From positions 10,728,001 through 10,792,000 of the forward strand of contig NC_087437.1 of the NCBI RefSeq assembly GCF_036321535.1: a DNA stretch of 64,000 bases, written 5' to 3'. The notes under the pieces were generated by a model. It made no database searches and was not told the origin of the DNA. It saw nothing but the letters and a program-made list of their open reading frames with translations. How positions within the stretch are numbered: the first letter of the stretch is position 1; each line of letters starts with the position of its first letter. The DNA is from Camelus dromedarius. Its lineage: Eukaryota. Both the position numbers and the translations under genes were made by a program. This document shows, piece after piece, positions 23,931-36,879 of the stretch.

Positions 23931-25088
23931 GACAGAGGCACAACTCTTTGACATAAATCTTAGCACTATTTTTTTGGATCTGTCTCCTAAAGTGAAGGAA
24001 ATAAAATTAGCAAAAATAAATCAATGGGACTGAATTAAACTTGAAAGCTTTTGCACAGCAAAGGAAACCATCGACATAACAAAAAGACAGCCTACAGAAT
24101 GGGAGAAAATATTCGCAAATGATATGACCAATAAGGGATTAATATCCAACATATATAAACAGCTCATACAACTCAACATCAAAAAAAAAAAAAAAAACAA
24201 TTAAAAAATGTGTGGAAGAACTGAGTAGACATTTTCCAAAGAGGAAATACAGACGGCCAACAGGCACATGAAAAGATGCTCAGCGTCTCTAATTATCAGG
24301 GAAATGCAAAACAAAATCACAGTGAGCTATCCCCTCACTCCTGTCAGAATGGCTGTCATCAAAAAGAACAAAAATAGCGAACGCTAGTGAGGATGTGGAG
24401 AAAAGGGGACCCTACTACACTGTTGGTGGGAATGTAACCTGATGCAGCCACTGTGGAAAACAGTATAAAGTTTCCTCAAAAATACTAAAAATAGATTTAC
24501 CATATGATCCAACAATTCCACTCCTGGGCATATATCCAAAAAAAGAAAAAAACACTAGTAAGAAAGATAATGCACCCCAATGTTCATAGCAGCATTATTT
24601 ACAACTGCCAAGATATGAAAGCAACCTAAGTGTCCATCAACAGATGAATACATAAAGAAGACGTAAGATATATATGTATACACATATACACAATGGAATA
24701 GTACTCAGCCATAAAAAAAGAATGAAATTTTGCCATTTGCAGCAACATGGACGGACTTGGAAGGCATTATGCTAAGTGAAATAAGTCAGACAGAGAAAGA
24801 CAAATACTGTATATCACTTATATGTGGAATCTAAAAATACAACAAACTAGTGAATATAATAAAAAAGAAGCAGACATAAGTACAGAGAACAAACTAGTGG
24901 TTACCAGTGGGGAAGGGGGAGGGACAAAGAAGGAGTGGGGGAGTGGGAGGCACAAACTGTTGGGTGTAAGACAGGCTCAAGCGTGTGTTGTACAACATGG
25001 GGAGTACAGCCAATATTTTGCAGTAACTAAATGGAGTGTAACCTTTAAATTTTATGTTCATTTTTTTAAATTTTTAAACAAAAAATAT
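23931..25088 (+). mobile_element. L1 (ORF2 3' part and 3'UTR), about 1.15 kb
   Basis: Typical ORF2 3' sequence. TSD atataacctgc at 23920-23930 and 25089-25099. Confidence 0.92.
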
Positions 25089-28000
25089 ATATAACCTGCA
25101 AGTACAAAAGGGTAGTATTTCTCTTCTGGATGAGAAGCTGGTCTTTATTAAAATAGCAAATCCAATTCTGTTCTCATTTGGTCATCCTTTTACCTACTAT
25201 GTGCAAAGAACCACCTTTAAATTAGATATACAAAAAATTAGAGAAGATGCAGGGAACCAAAACAAGCCTAAAAATGGAAACTAAAAGCCATTTTAAAAGC
25301 CATAAAATTGCTTAGTACAGAAAAAGATTTCTACCTTCCTAACTTTCTAGTAACTGAATGGTTAGTTTCAGAAGGGCACTGACAGTATGGTCTTTTGAAC
25401 GGAAGTGAAGGGAAAAGCTTTACATTTAGCAAAATAAAATAAAATTAAGCATAAGGAAAAAACTTCCTATTTTAAAAAATATTAAGCATAACTAAAGTCA
25501 GTAATAGGAGGAAACTGCCATCTTTGATGCCCTGCCCTTTGTTGGAGGTCTAGAAATAGATCATTGTTCCCTGCTTTTCAGATAAATGGGTGCTCTTTGG
25601 TTTGAATATATTAGATACTAACAACGTTTTGGCAAATGTATAAAATATCAGTGACTGTTTTGTGATCCTAACACATAAATATGACAGTAAATTTGGATTT
25701 GGGTTCCCAAAGGAAAATTAAAATCCATCAAAACCAAAGAAGAATCCCAGCTGGCATAAGCTCTTGACAGATTCAAAGATAGGGTTTTCCTGTAATATAT
25801 TCTGTCCTCAACCCTTTATTTCAGCTTCAACATTTCTATTTCTTTAAATGCTACTCGAGCCAGTCCACCTGCATCAAATGAATAATAGCTTTTTATAAGT
25901 AACAGCAATTTTTTTTCTGTACCTAGACAATGAGCACCCATCTTTAGAAGTAATTTTTTTTTTCCCTTCGGACTCAGACTACTCTTACTTTTCTTCATTT
26001 GAACTAATTACTGGGTGCTTTCAGAGCTTTGCTTTTCATATACTACATATATTGTAGGCACACTATGTCCTGAGCATTTGTTTCAATTTATAAAGAGTAC
26101 AATTAGCCCTTTTAATGCTGAGTTCAGTCACAATTAAAGCTCCCCTAATGGTTAGGGATTGGTCTTTCCAAGGCTGAGAAGGTGTTTTTAATTATTCATT
26201 CTTCAGTTTGTGTCTTACAGCAGCCTCAGCTGTGCTTTATTATTCAAAGGTTAATGCAAACTGAGAAGTGGGTAAATTAAATCTGCTTGGCAGCCGGCAA
26301 CCCTCCGTACTCACAGACACTGTGGGCTGGGGACTGGCAGTAGACGTTATTTCCACCATTGCAGCACTGCCAAAAGCAAAAACCACGAAATCCCTCAAAG
26401 ATAGCCGACATTGACAGGAATTATTAAGGGATACTACAAATTGATGGTTCTTAAGTAGCAGATCGTCAGTAAAATCTGTATTTGTTTTGCTTACAAAGAG
26501 AGAAGGCAATAGCTGGAATCTGAAGGGGAATGATGGCTTCTGTAGAAAATTGATGTAGGTACCATGACTAATGAACTTTGTGTAATATTAAATCACCAAG
26601 TTGAGTGCTGGAAGTCACTTCTGCAAATGTTTTACAAGGACAGACTGCAACATCTCACATGAAAGCGAGGACATAATGGACTGTCCTTAGACAACTGAGC
26701 AGGATGGAAGTGCTGTCTTCTGTTTGGCTGCCTACTCTCTCTCCTCCACCATGGCGTCTCATGTGGCTGGTCTCTTAAAAATTCTCCTCCAGCTAGGAGG
26801 AGCCCAGGACCTCACAGAGCTCGGTCAGGTACCTCCCATCCCCTCTGTCTGGAGCGGACGAGATAGATGGACCAGTGCTGCCTCCCTGTCCTCACTCCCT
26901 GTGACCAGAACCTCATCTGTCTTCTGACCTTTGCTGATGGGCTGAAGGGAAGAAAGGACGACATACGAAATCTGTGCATGTCGTTGAAAATTCTGATTTT
27001 TTTTTTAACACAAAGCCTGATTCTTCCATGAAAGCCACTGTAAGGTATTAGGAAATCCAGGTTTGTGAGATTAAATAGGAGTCTAAGGAAGAGGAAAGTA
27101 AATGGAGTCATCTCATTTGAGGGTGATAACCCACCTATACAGTTGTGGTGAAGGTTTAAAAAGATGATCTGTATGAAGGTGCTGTGTGACCTTTCTCAAT
27201 CTGTCCAGAGTCAAAAGATTGTTAAATACCAACTAAATATCACTCCATAAAAGCTGTTGACTGAGTTGCTGAATGTTTACATTATGTTGGGACTTAGGTG
27301 TTTTCTTCAGACCATAATGAGTCTAATCTGCTTTTTATTGATACTTGTCTATAATTTTAGCCAATTCTCGTCTCTTCAGCAGAGACGTAGGGAGCTGTGC
27401 TGGCACCGCTTGGTTTATGATCAGGGCTGCCACGTCTTCTGTTTCTCCCACTTTCAGTCTGCGCTGAGCCTTGCCGTCACATCCTGGTGTAGAAGGAAGG
27501 AGAGCTTTTGAATGAGACAGTCCTGGGTGTGACACCCTGTTCCACCATTACTGTGTAACCTGTGTCAAGACACTGACCTTCTTTGAGCCTTAGTTTCAGA
27601 TAACAGTTCGCAGAGTGGCAGTAAGTTGAAGGAGTATGTGTTAATGGTGACAGTTACCATTTTTAAAACACCCACTCTTTCCCAGGCACTGTCCTTGACA
27701 CTTCATGTGTATTTCATCCTCATGACAGCCCTGTACAGTCAGTAACGTTCTGTTTTACAGAGAAGTAGGGAAAGTGCCTTGCACAATATCCGGCTTGTAG
27801 GAGATGCTCAGTAAATGGAGGTCTTACGCTATTACGGGGATTTCATCGTGTGATCCCTACTAGAAAATTCCATCAGTGTCAACCTTTAATGTCCGTACTG
27901 GTCATCCGCCGCTCTTTTTTTAAATGTAGGCTCATTCAGTAGGTCTGCGTGGTGCTGCTCCTCTCTGAGCCACATTTTGAGGCCCTTGGTGACCCCAGGA

Positions 28001-29935
28001 TCTGTGATGGTGGTTCTCATTGCTCATTCAGTTCTGTTCAGTTGATCTTGACTGGGACTCAGGCTTTTTTTTTGGAAGTTCCAGAAGCTGTTCAGACTTT
28101 TTCTTAAAGCACTAGCCTCCTTTTATTCACATGCTCCCTTTATTTACTAAATACATATGTGTACATAAAATATATAAAGTGGAGTTTCTCTGGTCGAATT
28201 TCATGTGGGGAAGGAACAGATTAGTGATCCCGAAAGACCTCAGTGGAGCCCTGCAGCTCCTGGAAGCAAGAAATTTGAAAACCACAGCTCTCCTGAATCC
28301 AGTTCCTATCATAGCATTTAAGGCCCTATGCAGCGAAAACTCAGTCACCTGTGTATATGCCATTCTCCCAACAAGGAACCCACTTCCCCCTGTCTTATTT
28401 CCATGCAGTGCCTTTCACCTGTTAGACCCCATCTCCCCGTACCTGTTGAAATTTACTTTACCTTTCACACAGTGAGGGGCAGAGCCTGGCTCTCTCATTG
28501 TGAAAGCCACTTTCTTTACTACTATGCTGTACTCATAGCCGCCTGTTCTACTAAAGACGTTTGTTATTTTTCAACAAACATTAACTAAGTATCTACGTGT
28601 GCAGTTTCCTTTTGCCGTTAACCTTTTGGTTGACTTGTTTCCTCTTCCTTTTCTGTGCTAACCTTGGCCTCCAGGCAGAAAGGTTAACATGGGTCTTGGG
28701 GCCAAATAGCAGTGTCAAGGATACAAAGAAATTCATGCAGTTTGTGGAATATCACAACCAACCTGTTCTGGAATAAATTAGGCAACTATATGACCATTTT
28801 CCTGTGGAAGAAACAAAAGATGTTCTCAGTCAGCGAAAAGTGCATTGAGTATTTTGGAGGTATATGACCTGCTTGAGAAACAAATTGCCTTGATAGTAAC
28901 CCTGGATACAAATAAACAGAAAATCTTAACTATCCTAAGAATAATTCTCTGTCCCTAAACTCTGTCATCTAAACTTTCAAATGGAATTGTTACTTAGATA
29001 TAGTCTAGATGTTAGAAAGTAATAAAGCTGCATTTGAAATGATACCAAGCGATTTTACATTCTGTCCCCTACGAATGGTAACATTTTTGAGAACTGAAGC
29101 ATTTTGAGAAGGATTCGGCTTCCTGCAAACTGTGTGGGGGCAGCAGCAGCTTGTCAAAAGCTTGTTTAACCTGCAGATAAGATCAGTAGACACATTACAG
29201 CCTTCCTGTCTAACACTTGGGCCTATGGGGTGGGGGGGGTGGGGTTAAATAATAAAAGAGCCATTACTTGCCCCACAGGCTAGCCCACAGGCCAAAATTG
29301 TTCTTCCAGTGCAGACAAGAGAGGCTGACTCTGGAGGCCTGAAGACCTTAAGAGCTTTCCTATCTCACACAGACCAGAGAGAACGCACAAGAGTTGGGGT
29401 GGGCGGTGGGCACCCAAAGCAGTGTTGCCAGAAATGGTTCATTAAAGAACTGAAGAGAGTAGTCAAAGATCACTGTTTCTAGTTTGAAAAGTTAAAAAAG
29501 AAAACAAAAAAGAATTTGGTAGCTGAAATGAAAATGGCTGTTTACCAACTTCTGAATCTAGTCCTTGAAACTTGCCCGGGATGAAAAAGTGCCAGAAAAT
29601 CCAAACGTTGGTCTCGACGTCCGGCCTCCTGTCTTAAGTGGAGCAGTTATCACAGAGCGGGCACACCGCTTTCCCAGCTGCCTCTTCGTGCCTTATGCGC
29701 AGCCGTTGTGTGGGCCTGGGCAAAGCTCGTCACTTTTCTGACCCTTAATTCTATCACTTTGGAAATGAAGACTTTGAAATACAAGTGATTCCCAGTGGGA
29801 GAAGAGGGTTTTCAATTTTTCAGATTATTCCCCCAGCCCCGCCCCTACCCCTGCATATACACACTAAGAATCACTGCTCTGAAGTGGGTCGTTTTTTCTG
29901 CAAAGAGAAGGTATGTTGAAAGGATAAAATATGTG

Positions 29936-29968
<33 letters not shown>

Positions 29969-32900
29969 AAAGGCTGAGACTAACTCCATCAACTTAGTTC
30001 TAGAGTCCTGGCTGCTAACTATAGGATTAAAAGTTCTATAATTCAGTATTTTAAGTAATTCTGACTGATTTTATGCCTGTTGAACTCAATGGAATTCCAG
30101 TCCAGTTCTACTGCTTGCTTCTGGGTTATGAAAAAGTTGAACTAGATGGTTTCCGAAGTCTTTATGATTGTAACCTTATTTCTAACAACACACATATATA
30201 AAGTAGGATTTGGTTCCTGTTGACTCTGTGGCCTGTCTTTGTGCTTACAAGTGAGTGTGTCATAAAAATGTAGCTTAGAAGGAAAAGGAGGAGTATACTG
30301 TTTTTCCCAGAGGTCTTCCTTCCTGTTTCCCGACTTCTCTGCTTCTCCCTGCTCACTATTTCGTACCATTATGTCTCTGAATATTTTAAGTCTGTTGGAA
30401 AGTTGTGCACTCACTGCAAAACATCACACGTTGGGAAGATTAAACACATACACACATACTCCTGTATTATGTAATACAGAAAGAAGCAAGGAAATCTCTG
30501 GGGTCATGAATTTAACTGAGAGACTCTGCCTTCTTTAATAACTTCTAGAAGGTTAGTTCACCACTGCCTTCCCTGGGGATTCAGCAGTAATTGTTCTGTG
30601 TTTAAAATTCTCTTTTCTTCTTGTTTCTTCCTCTTTTCAGTTGTGGACACTGTTAGCAAAGGGTACAAAGTAGATGACAGTAGTGACGTTAAGGTTTGGC
30701 AAAAAGATAACTATAGTCAAATGAATTTCTTTTTTCATCTTTGCGTCTCAAATCTGGAAAGTGTGACTGAGGGTAAAGCTTCCTCCCATTTATTAAGGAC
30801 TCATTGACAAAAAGTATAGAATGATTCCTTTTCTTGGAATACCTTGAGAATAAACACCAGACTCTTACGGGCTGGAAAGAAACTGAAGGAGAAAATATTC
30901 ATAGTCCAGTTCTGCTCGGAGCTGAGTATACAGAATGGATCCATCAGCACTACTACATCCTGACTTCCTAGGATGTTATATTGGACTTTGGTGATACTGA
31001 TCTTTTAGAAAAAATTACTGGATACAAACATGGGGACCTTGGGAGTTTGTGAAGTACCATTCTCCATTTGTCTCCTCAAGAGCTGCAGTCCAGGCTTGTT
31101 TTCTCAACATTCCCTTGGCCATCAGGGATGCCCTGTCACCATCAGAGTAAATTCTTCTTTCCTGTGCTCCAGATAATATTGGTCCTTAACATTGCTTCTT
31201 TCCCCAATATTAAAGGGTAATATTTATGGGTAAAGAACTTCTTTATAGTGCTATGTTTGCATAGAATGTTACCCCTTCCAATGGAGAACCTAGCCTTTGG
31301 GGATAAGAAAGATGTCCTGGAGGAGAATGCAGCTAAGTTAAGACCTGAAGCACAAAGAGAATGTTTAGACCTACGGAGTGTCTTATCCAAAAGCCAAGAA
31401 ACAGCCCAGCCCCATGGAAGTTCTACATGTGGTCCCAGTATGTTTGGAGAATGGAGGTGGAGGAGAAGGAGGTGTAACGTGTGACGCCAGAGCTGGGAGC
31501 TGGAGCCAGATCTTTGTGGAAGATGTCGCATGCTACAAAGGAACCAGGGCTTGATCTTGGAGGTATTAAGAAGCCAGAGAAAGCAGGGAAACAAGATCCC
31601 ACTGAAAAGATTTTCTGGAGCTTGCCCTGTCTGCACTTTGGTGGATGGATTGGGGAAAGGCAAGACTGGAGGCAGGGAAGCCACAAAGGATGCTTGGTAC
31701 CATCACCTAAGTGAGAGGGGATGCAGCCAGTAGACAGATGACAAACATGCTATGGAATAGGGTTCTATTGGTTTTGGGGCACTTAGAGGAGCAGAGAAGG
31801 AGGAAGCATTATCCAGGTTGATTCTCAAGTTTCGGACCAGATTGGAGATTCCGTCAGTGTTTGGTAGATTGATTGTCAAAGGATAATGAGATACCCAGAT
31901 CGAAGGTGAGAAAACAGCGGGGCCGAGGGTAGGACCCCTAGGGAGGCAGACATTGAAGAGGTTGTCATTGAAGGGCAGAGGAATCAGAGTGCTACCCTAT
32001 CAGACGGAGACCCTTGGAGGGAGACCTGGGGAAGAGAGTTTTTCAGGAATCTGGGGACGGAGGCTCCAGGGAGTTTTAATAAAATGAAGACAAAAAGCAC
32101 TGTTGGTTTTAGCCACAAATAGGTCAGCGTCTGGCCTTGAGAACACTGAAAACATTTCCCCTCCGTACCCCCGTGTGTTTTTTCTCATTTCATTCAGGCA
32201 GCTTTGTGGCATTTCCCCTCTTCAGCTGGCATTCCTATGACCCTTATCTGCAGCTAATCTGGGCCTGGTCTTTATATTTTCTTTTAAGGCATAGGAATTA
32301 GGAACGACCCTTTCCTTCCAGTCTGACACCAGAGAAACACTTATATTATTGTGTTTAACCCCAGAGGCTCAAAATCCTTGCAGCCGTTTACTTCCAAAGA
32401 GACTTTGGACATAGGTGCAGCATAGCATTTGTGTGTGGACAGCGTGCCTCCCAGCTGGAAGGAGTGAATTTTCAGCTCCATGGAGTCTGACATAAGCAGC
32501 GATGGCTGGAGCTCCTGAGAAATCCCCTTGTACTGTCTCCTCCTTACCACTTGTCCCCATCAAGTTTAGGTTCACGTTGGCATGTCCAGGAGCCTCTCCA
32601 AAGGCAAGTTCCTTGTCCCGTGGAGCCAGGATCCCAAGATTGCTCGGGCACCCTTCCTCTTTGCCTGCTCAGAGTCAGCATTAAATGAAAAGGCAGCAGA
32701 CACAGCCAGAAACTCTTGGTCTTAGAGTCACAGCTATGACACAGCTCATTGAAAGTATTCAGCTATATTTAAAGAAACTTACAATCTTAGAGAGAGTGAG
32801 CACTTAGTCCTTTTCATCGTAAATGTGTAACATTTCATACATACATAAGGGCTCCTGCACTGTGGGTAGCAGCATAGAGAGCTGAACACAGTTTATAGCA

Positions 32901-33267
32901 TAGATCCTCTGAAGAATTTCTCCAAGCAGCAACTTTGGGCATTCAACCAATGTGTAATTTGTGAACTGATATTTGTATTTTGATAGGTTCATCTACCTGC
33001 ATTTTATTTTGAGATTTATCTCTGTTAACTGTTTATTTTTCTTCTTTAAAAAATAAAGTCTAAAAATGTAAATAATTAAGGGTGTTGATCATGAAGAATA
33101 CTGCAAGTGGGAAAACATTGCTTAAAAACCTAATACCTAAAAATCCTGATTGTGAATAAACATTCTATTCCATGAAAAATTGGATTTCCTGGGAGTGGCA
33201 GCTATGAATTCTAATGGTCTCCAAAGTTCCACTCTACCTAAATACTCGTCATAAGATTAGGTCGCTG

Positions 33268-33633
33268 GGTGATGATGATGATGATGCTGGTGGTGGTGAT
33301 GGTGATGACAGTGGTAGTGATGATGATGGCGATGGTGGTGATGATGATGATAATGGTGGTGGTGGTGGTGGTGATGGTGATGATGGTGACGATGATGATG
33401 GTGATGGTGGTGATGATGGTGGTGATGGTAATGATTATGATGGTGGTGATGGTGGTGATGATGGTGGTGATGGCGATGATGATGGTGGTGATAGTGATGA
33501 TGATGGTGATGACAATGGTAGTGATGATGGCAATGGTGGTGATGATGGTGATGATGATGATGGTGGTGATAATGGTGGTGATGGTGGTGATGATGGTGGT
33601 GATGGCGATGATGATGGTGGTGATGGTGATGAC
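33268..33633 (+). repeat. Imperfect (GAT/GGT)n trinucleotide tract, about 365 bp
   Basis: Directly visible; it generates spurious poly-D/G, poly-M/V, poly-H and poly-I/T ORFs. Confidence 0.97.
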
Positions 33634-33764
33634 TATTAATGTGCACAAGTCCTGTTTTCTAGTCCTGGGAGCGTGACCCCATTGTTAGAAAACCACCAGG
33701 CAGTTAACCCTTTGAGTGTGTTGGTGAACATCTGTACTATCCATGGGCATAACCACAACTGTAG

Positions 33765-34000
33765 TAGCAGCTAACATTCGGAGGCTTGCTATTTGGGCCT
33801 TTGCAGGCCCCATTTTCCAAACTGTTTAAGTACAGTTCTACTAAAACTTCACAGTTGCTCCATGAAGTTGGTGCCGGAATGGCCCCATTTTGCAGATCAG
33901 AAAACTAAGAGAAAGATGACATATTTATCCAGAGTCTTACAGGTTTTCAGTGGCAGGGCTAGGATTTAGACAGGCACGTCTGGCTCAGAACCTGTTCTCA
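33765..34000 (-). mobile_element. MIR SINE
   Basis: ccccattttgcagatcagaaaactaag...agggctaggattta. Confidence 0.7.
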
Positions 34001-34211
34001 GGCTTCAGCCCTGCTCTGTACCGCAGGTGTCCTCTGGCACCAACTTTCATTTGATCGGTTTAAGGGAAAAGCGATCATTAAAAGTGTAAAACAATCTGCA
34101 GCATCTGCTTCTCACTTTTTGAGTCCAAAGTATATAAAAGTCCATTCTTCTCTTTTGTATAGATCCAAGTAATTCTGACCTATTAAAAAAACATTCTAAT
34201 CAGAGTGGGTC

Positions 34212-34418
34212 TGCACTGTCTAATACAGATCTCCACCAACCACATGGAGCTATTGGATTTAAATGTATTAAAATTAAAGGAGATTGAAAATTCACTTCCT
34301 CATTCTCATTAGCCTCACTTCAAGTGCCGGATGGCCACCTGTGGCTGGCAGTTACCAGTGGATATGGAGGACTAGAATGTTTCCATCATCACAGAAAGTT
34401 TGGTTGGACAGCAGTGCT
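34212..34418. mobile_element. MER3-like hAT-Charlie MITE
   Basis: cactgtctaata...ccacatggagctatt...catcatcacagaaagtttggttggacagcagtg. Confidence 0.75.
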
Positions 34419-34625
34419 CAAACAGTTCTGTCGAAAGAACTATAATGTGCAGCACATGTGTAATTTAAAATTTTCTAGTAGCCACATTTAAAAATGTAAA
34501 AAGTAGTTGAAGTTAATTTTAATATATTTTAGCCCAATATATTCCAAATATTATTTCAACGTGTAATTAGCAAGAAGTAATGATGCATTTTGCCTTCTTT
34601 TTGCATTGTCATCAAACTTTGGCGT

Positions 34626-34890
34626 GGGAGGGAAAAGCGAGTAGGAAGGGATAAATTGGGAGTTCAAGATTAGCAGATGCTAACTACTATATATAAAATA
34701 AACAACAAATTTCTTCTGTATATAGCACAGGGATCTATATTCATTATCTTGCATTAGCCTATAATGAATAAGAATATGAAAACAAATATATGTATGTATA
34801 TGTATGACTGAAGTGTTACGCCCTATACCAGAAATTGACACATTGTAAACTGACTATACTTCAATTTAAAGAAAAAGAACAGAACATTAA
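34626..34890 (+). mobile_element. L1 3' end
   Basis: ggaagggataaattgggagttc...ttgtaaactgactatacttcaa plus A-rich tail. Confidence 0.88.
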
Positions 34891-34936
34891 AAAATTTTTG
34901 AGTATGTGTTTTACATTCATAGTACATCTTAATTTG

Positions 34937-35832
34937 TTTGGGGTTTTTTTTCGGGTATTACATAATCTTTTTTTTTTCACTATAAATTCTTTTTTTTTTC
35001 TTTTATTGAGGTATAGTTGATTTACAAAATGTAAGTTTCAGGTGTACAATGTAGTGATTTACAATTTTTTAAAGTTATACTCACTTATAGTTATTACAAA
35101 ATATTAACTGTGTTCCCCATGTTGTACAATACAGCCTATCTTACACCCAGTAGTTTGTATCTCCCAACACCCCCCCTTCTGTTACCCCTTCCCTCTCCCC
35201 ACAGGTAACCACTAGTTTGTTCTCTGTATCTATGAGTCTGCTGCCTTTTTGTTATTTCACTAGTTTGTGGTATTTTTAGATTCTACATATAAGTGATATC
35301 ATACAGCATTTGTCTTTCTCTGTCTGACTTGTTTCCCTTAGGATAATGCCCTTCAAGTCTATCCATGTTGCTGCAAATGGCAAAATTTCATTCTTTTTTG
35401 TGACTGAGTAGTGGTCCATTGTGTATATGTATCCACAATTTCTTTATCCAGTCATCTGTTGTTGGATACTTAGGTTGCTTCCATATCTTAGCCATTGTAA
35501 ATAATAACTGCTGCGAACACTGGGGGGCATGTATCTTTTCGAATTAATGTTTTTGGTTTTTCCAGTGTATACCCAGGAGTGGAATCACTGGGTCATGAAG
35601 TAGCTCTATTTTTAGTTTTTGAGGCACCTGCATACTGTTTTCTACATTGGCTGCACCAGTTCACATTCCCACCAACAGTGTACAAGGGTTCCCTTTCTCC
35701 GCATCCTGGCCAGCATTCGCTATTTGTGTTCTTTTTGATGATGGCCATTGTGACAGGTGTGAGGTGATACCTCCTTGTGGTTTTGATTTGCATTTCCCTG
35801 ATGGTCGATGTTGAACATCTTTTCATGATAAC
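34937..35832 (-). mobile_element. L1 (ORF2 end and 3'UTR)
   Basis: ORF2-like translation ([17 protein letters not shown]). TSD acatcttaatttg at 34924-34936 and 35833-35845. Confidence 0.92.
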
Positions 35833-36879
35833 ACATCTTAATTTGAACAAGCTATATTTCAAGTGCTCAGTGGCTACATGGCCATCATATTTTCCAACAC
35901 AGTTTTGGATTTTACACTGGGGTTTCTCAACGGGACATACTAAAATGAGTGTGGGACAAAGAGGGAGTTCAGGGACCACTGCTGTAAGCTTCGGGGTTTC
36001 TAAGATGATGGAGGAGACCAGATTTCTAAGACTCAGACTGTATATTAGGGAAATAATATTAGCTTTAAATGCATTTTAAAACACCAATCTGTTTTTCAGA
36101 TAGTTTGTCACTACTAGTTTTTTCTCAAAAAAAAACCAAAAACCCATAGTTTGGCAGCATGAACCAACTCAGAGTGATACTGTTAACCGCATTATTTATT
36201 CCACTGTTAATAAGTGCCTAGACAGCTTACTGACTTCAAAGGCCCAATAAAATTTGGAGTTCTGACTGCAAGCCAGATAAAACTTGGAATGGGCACAAAT
36301 TGAATATAAGTTATCTACAGACACTGCCGAGTTGGTGAAGTATCTCCTGCCTTCTACTTCTGAGCTCCTTCTTTGCTGGCACTATTTGGCGACTCCTTAA
36401 TTAGCCTAAATTAGATAACTAACTGTGATTACCGTTCTTGGAAGGTCATCTTAAAATTTCTCAGAGTGACTCATATATTATATCTGTATTTGGGAATTGC
36501 ATCTCTGCACCCTGTTTCATAGCTGTGTACTCCTGTGTGTATTTTTCCAACTAAATTTCTTCATCTACCTTGAAGTAATGTTGTAACTACAAACCTATAA
36601 TTTAGTCTACCTTTAAGCTCTTCCTTCTGATAAACTTATCTATTTGTATTTGGTCTAATTATAGCTCAGGGGTAACCATGTGTACTATTCATCTGAATGA
36701 GTGAGCTTGTCTGGCAGCCAGGTGCTGTTGGCAAAGTTCCGCTGTCATCTGGCCTGAATATTGTCTGTACCTCCCTGTCTGCTTCAGGGGAGGTAGGTCC
36801 ATGGGCACTTGGGGTGGGAATCCTGGACCCCAGTCCCTTGACCACTGCTTCTCAATGTATTTCAGTACTGGCAATAAAG

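Larger units (their letters stand above)
34423..35901. mobile_element. MER33-like hAT-Charlie MITE interrupted by two L1 insertions
   Basis: aaaattttctagtagccacatt..., continuing at 34905-34936 and 35833-35901 (tttcaagtgctcagtggctacatg). Confidence 0.7.

Noticed and set aside
31142..31733. Overlapping ORFs up to 180 aa
   Set aside because: No recognisable homology or exon signals; the region partly resembles decayed L2 on the minus strand.
33214..33676. Poly-His, poly-Asp/Gly, poly-Met/Val and poly-Ile/Thr ORFs
   Set aside because: These are translation artefacts of the GAT/GGT simple repeat.
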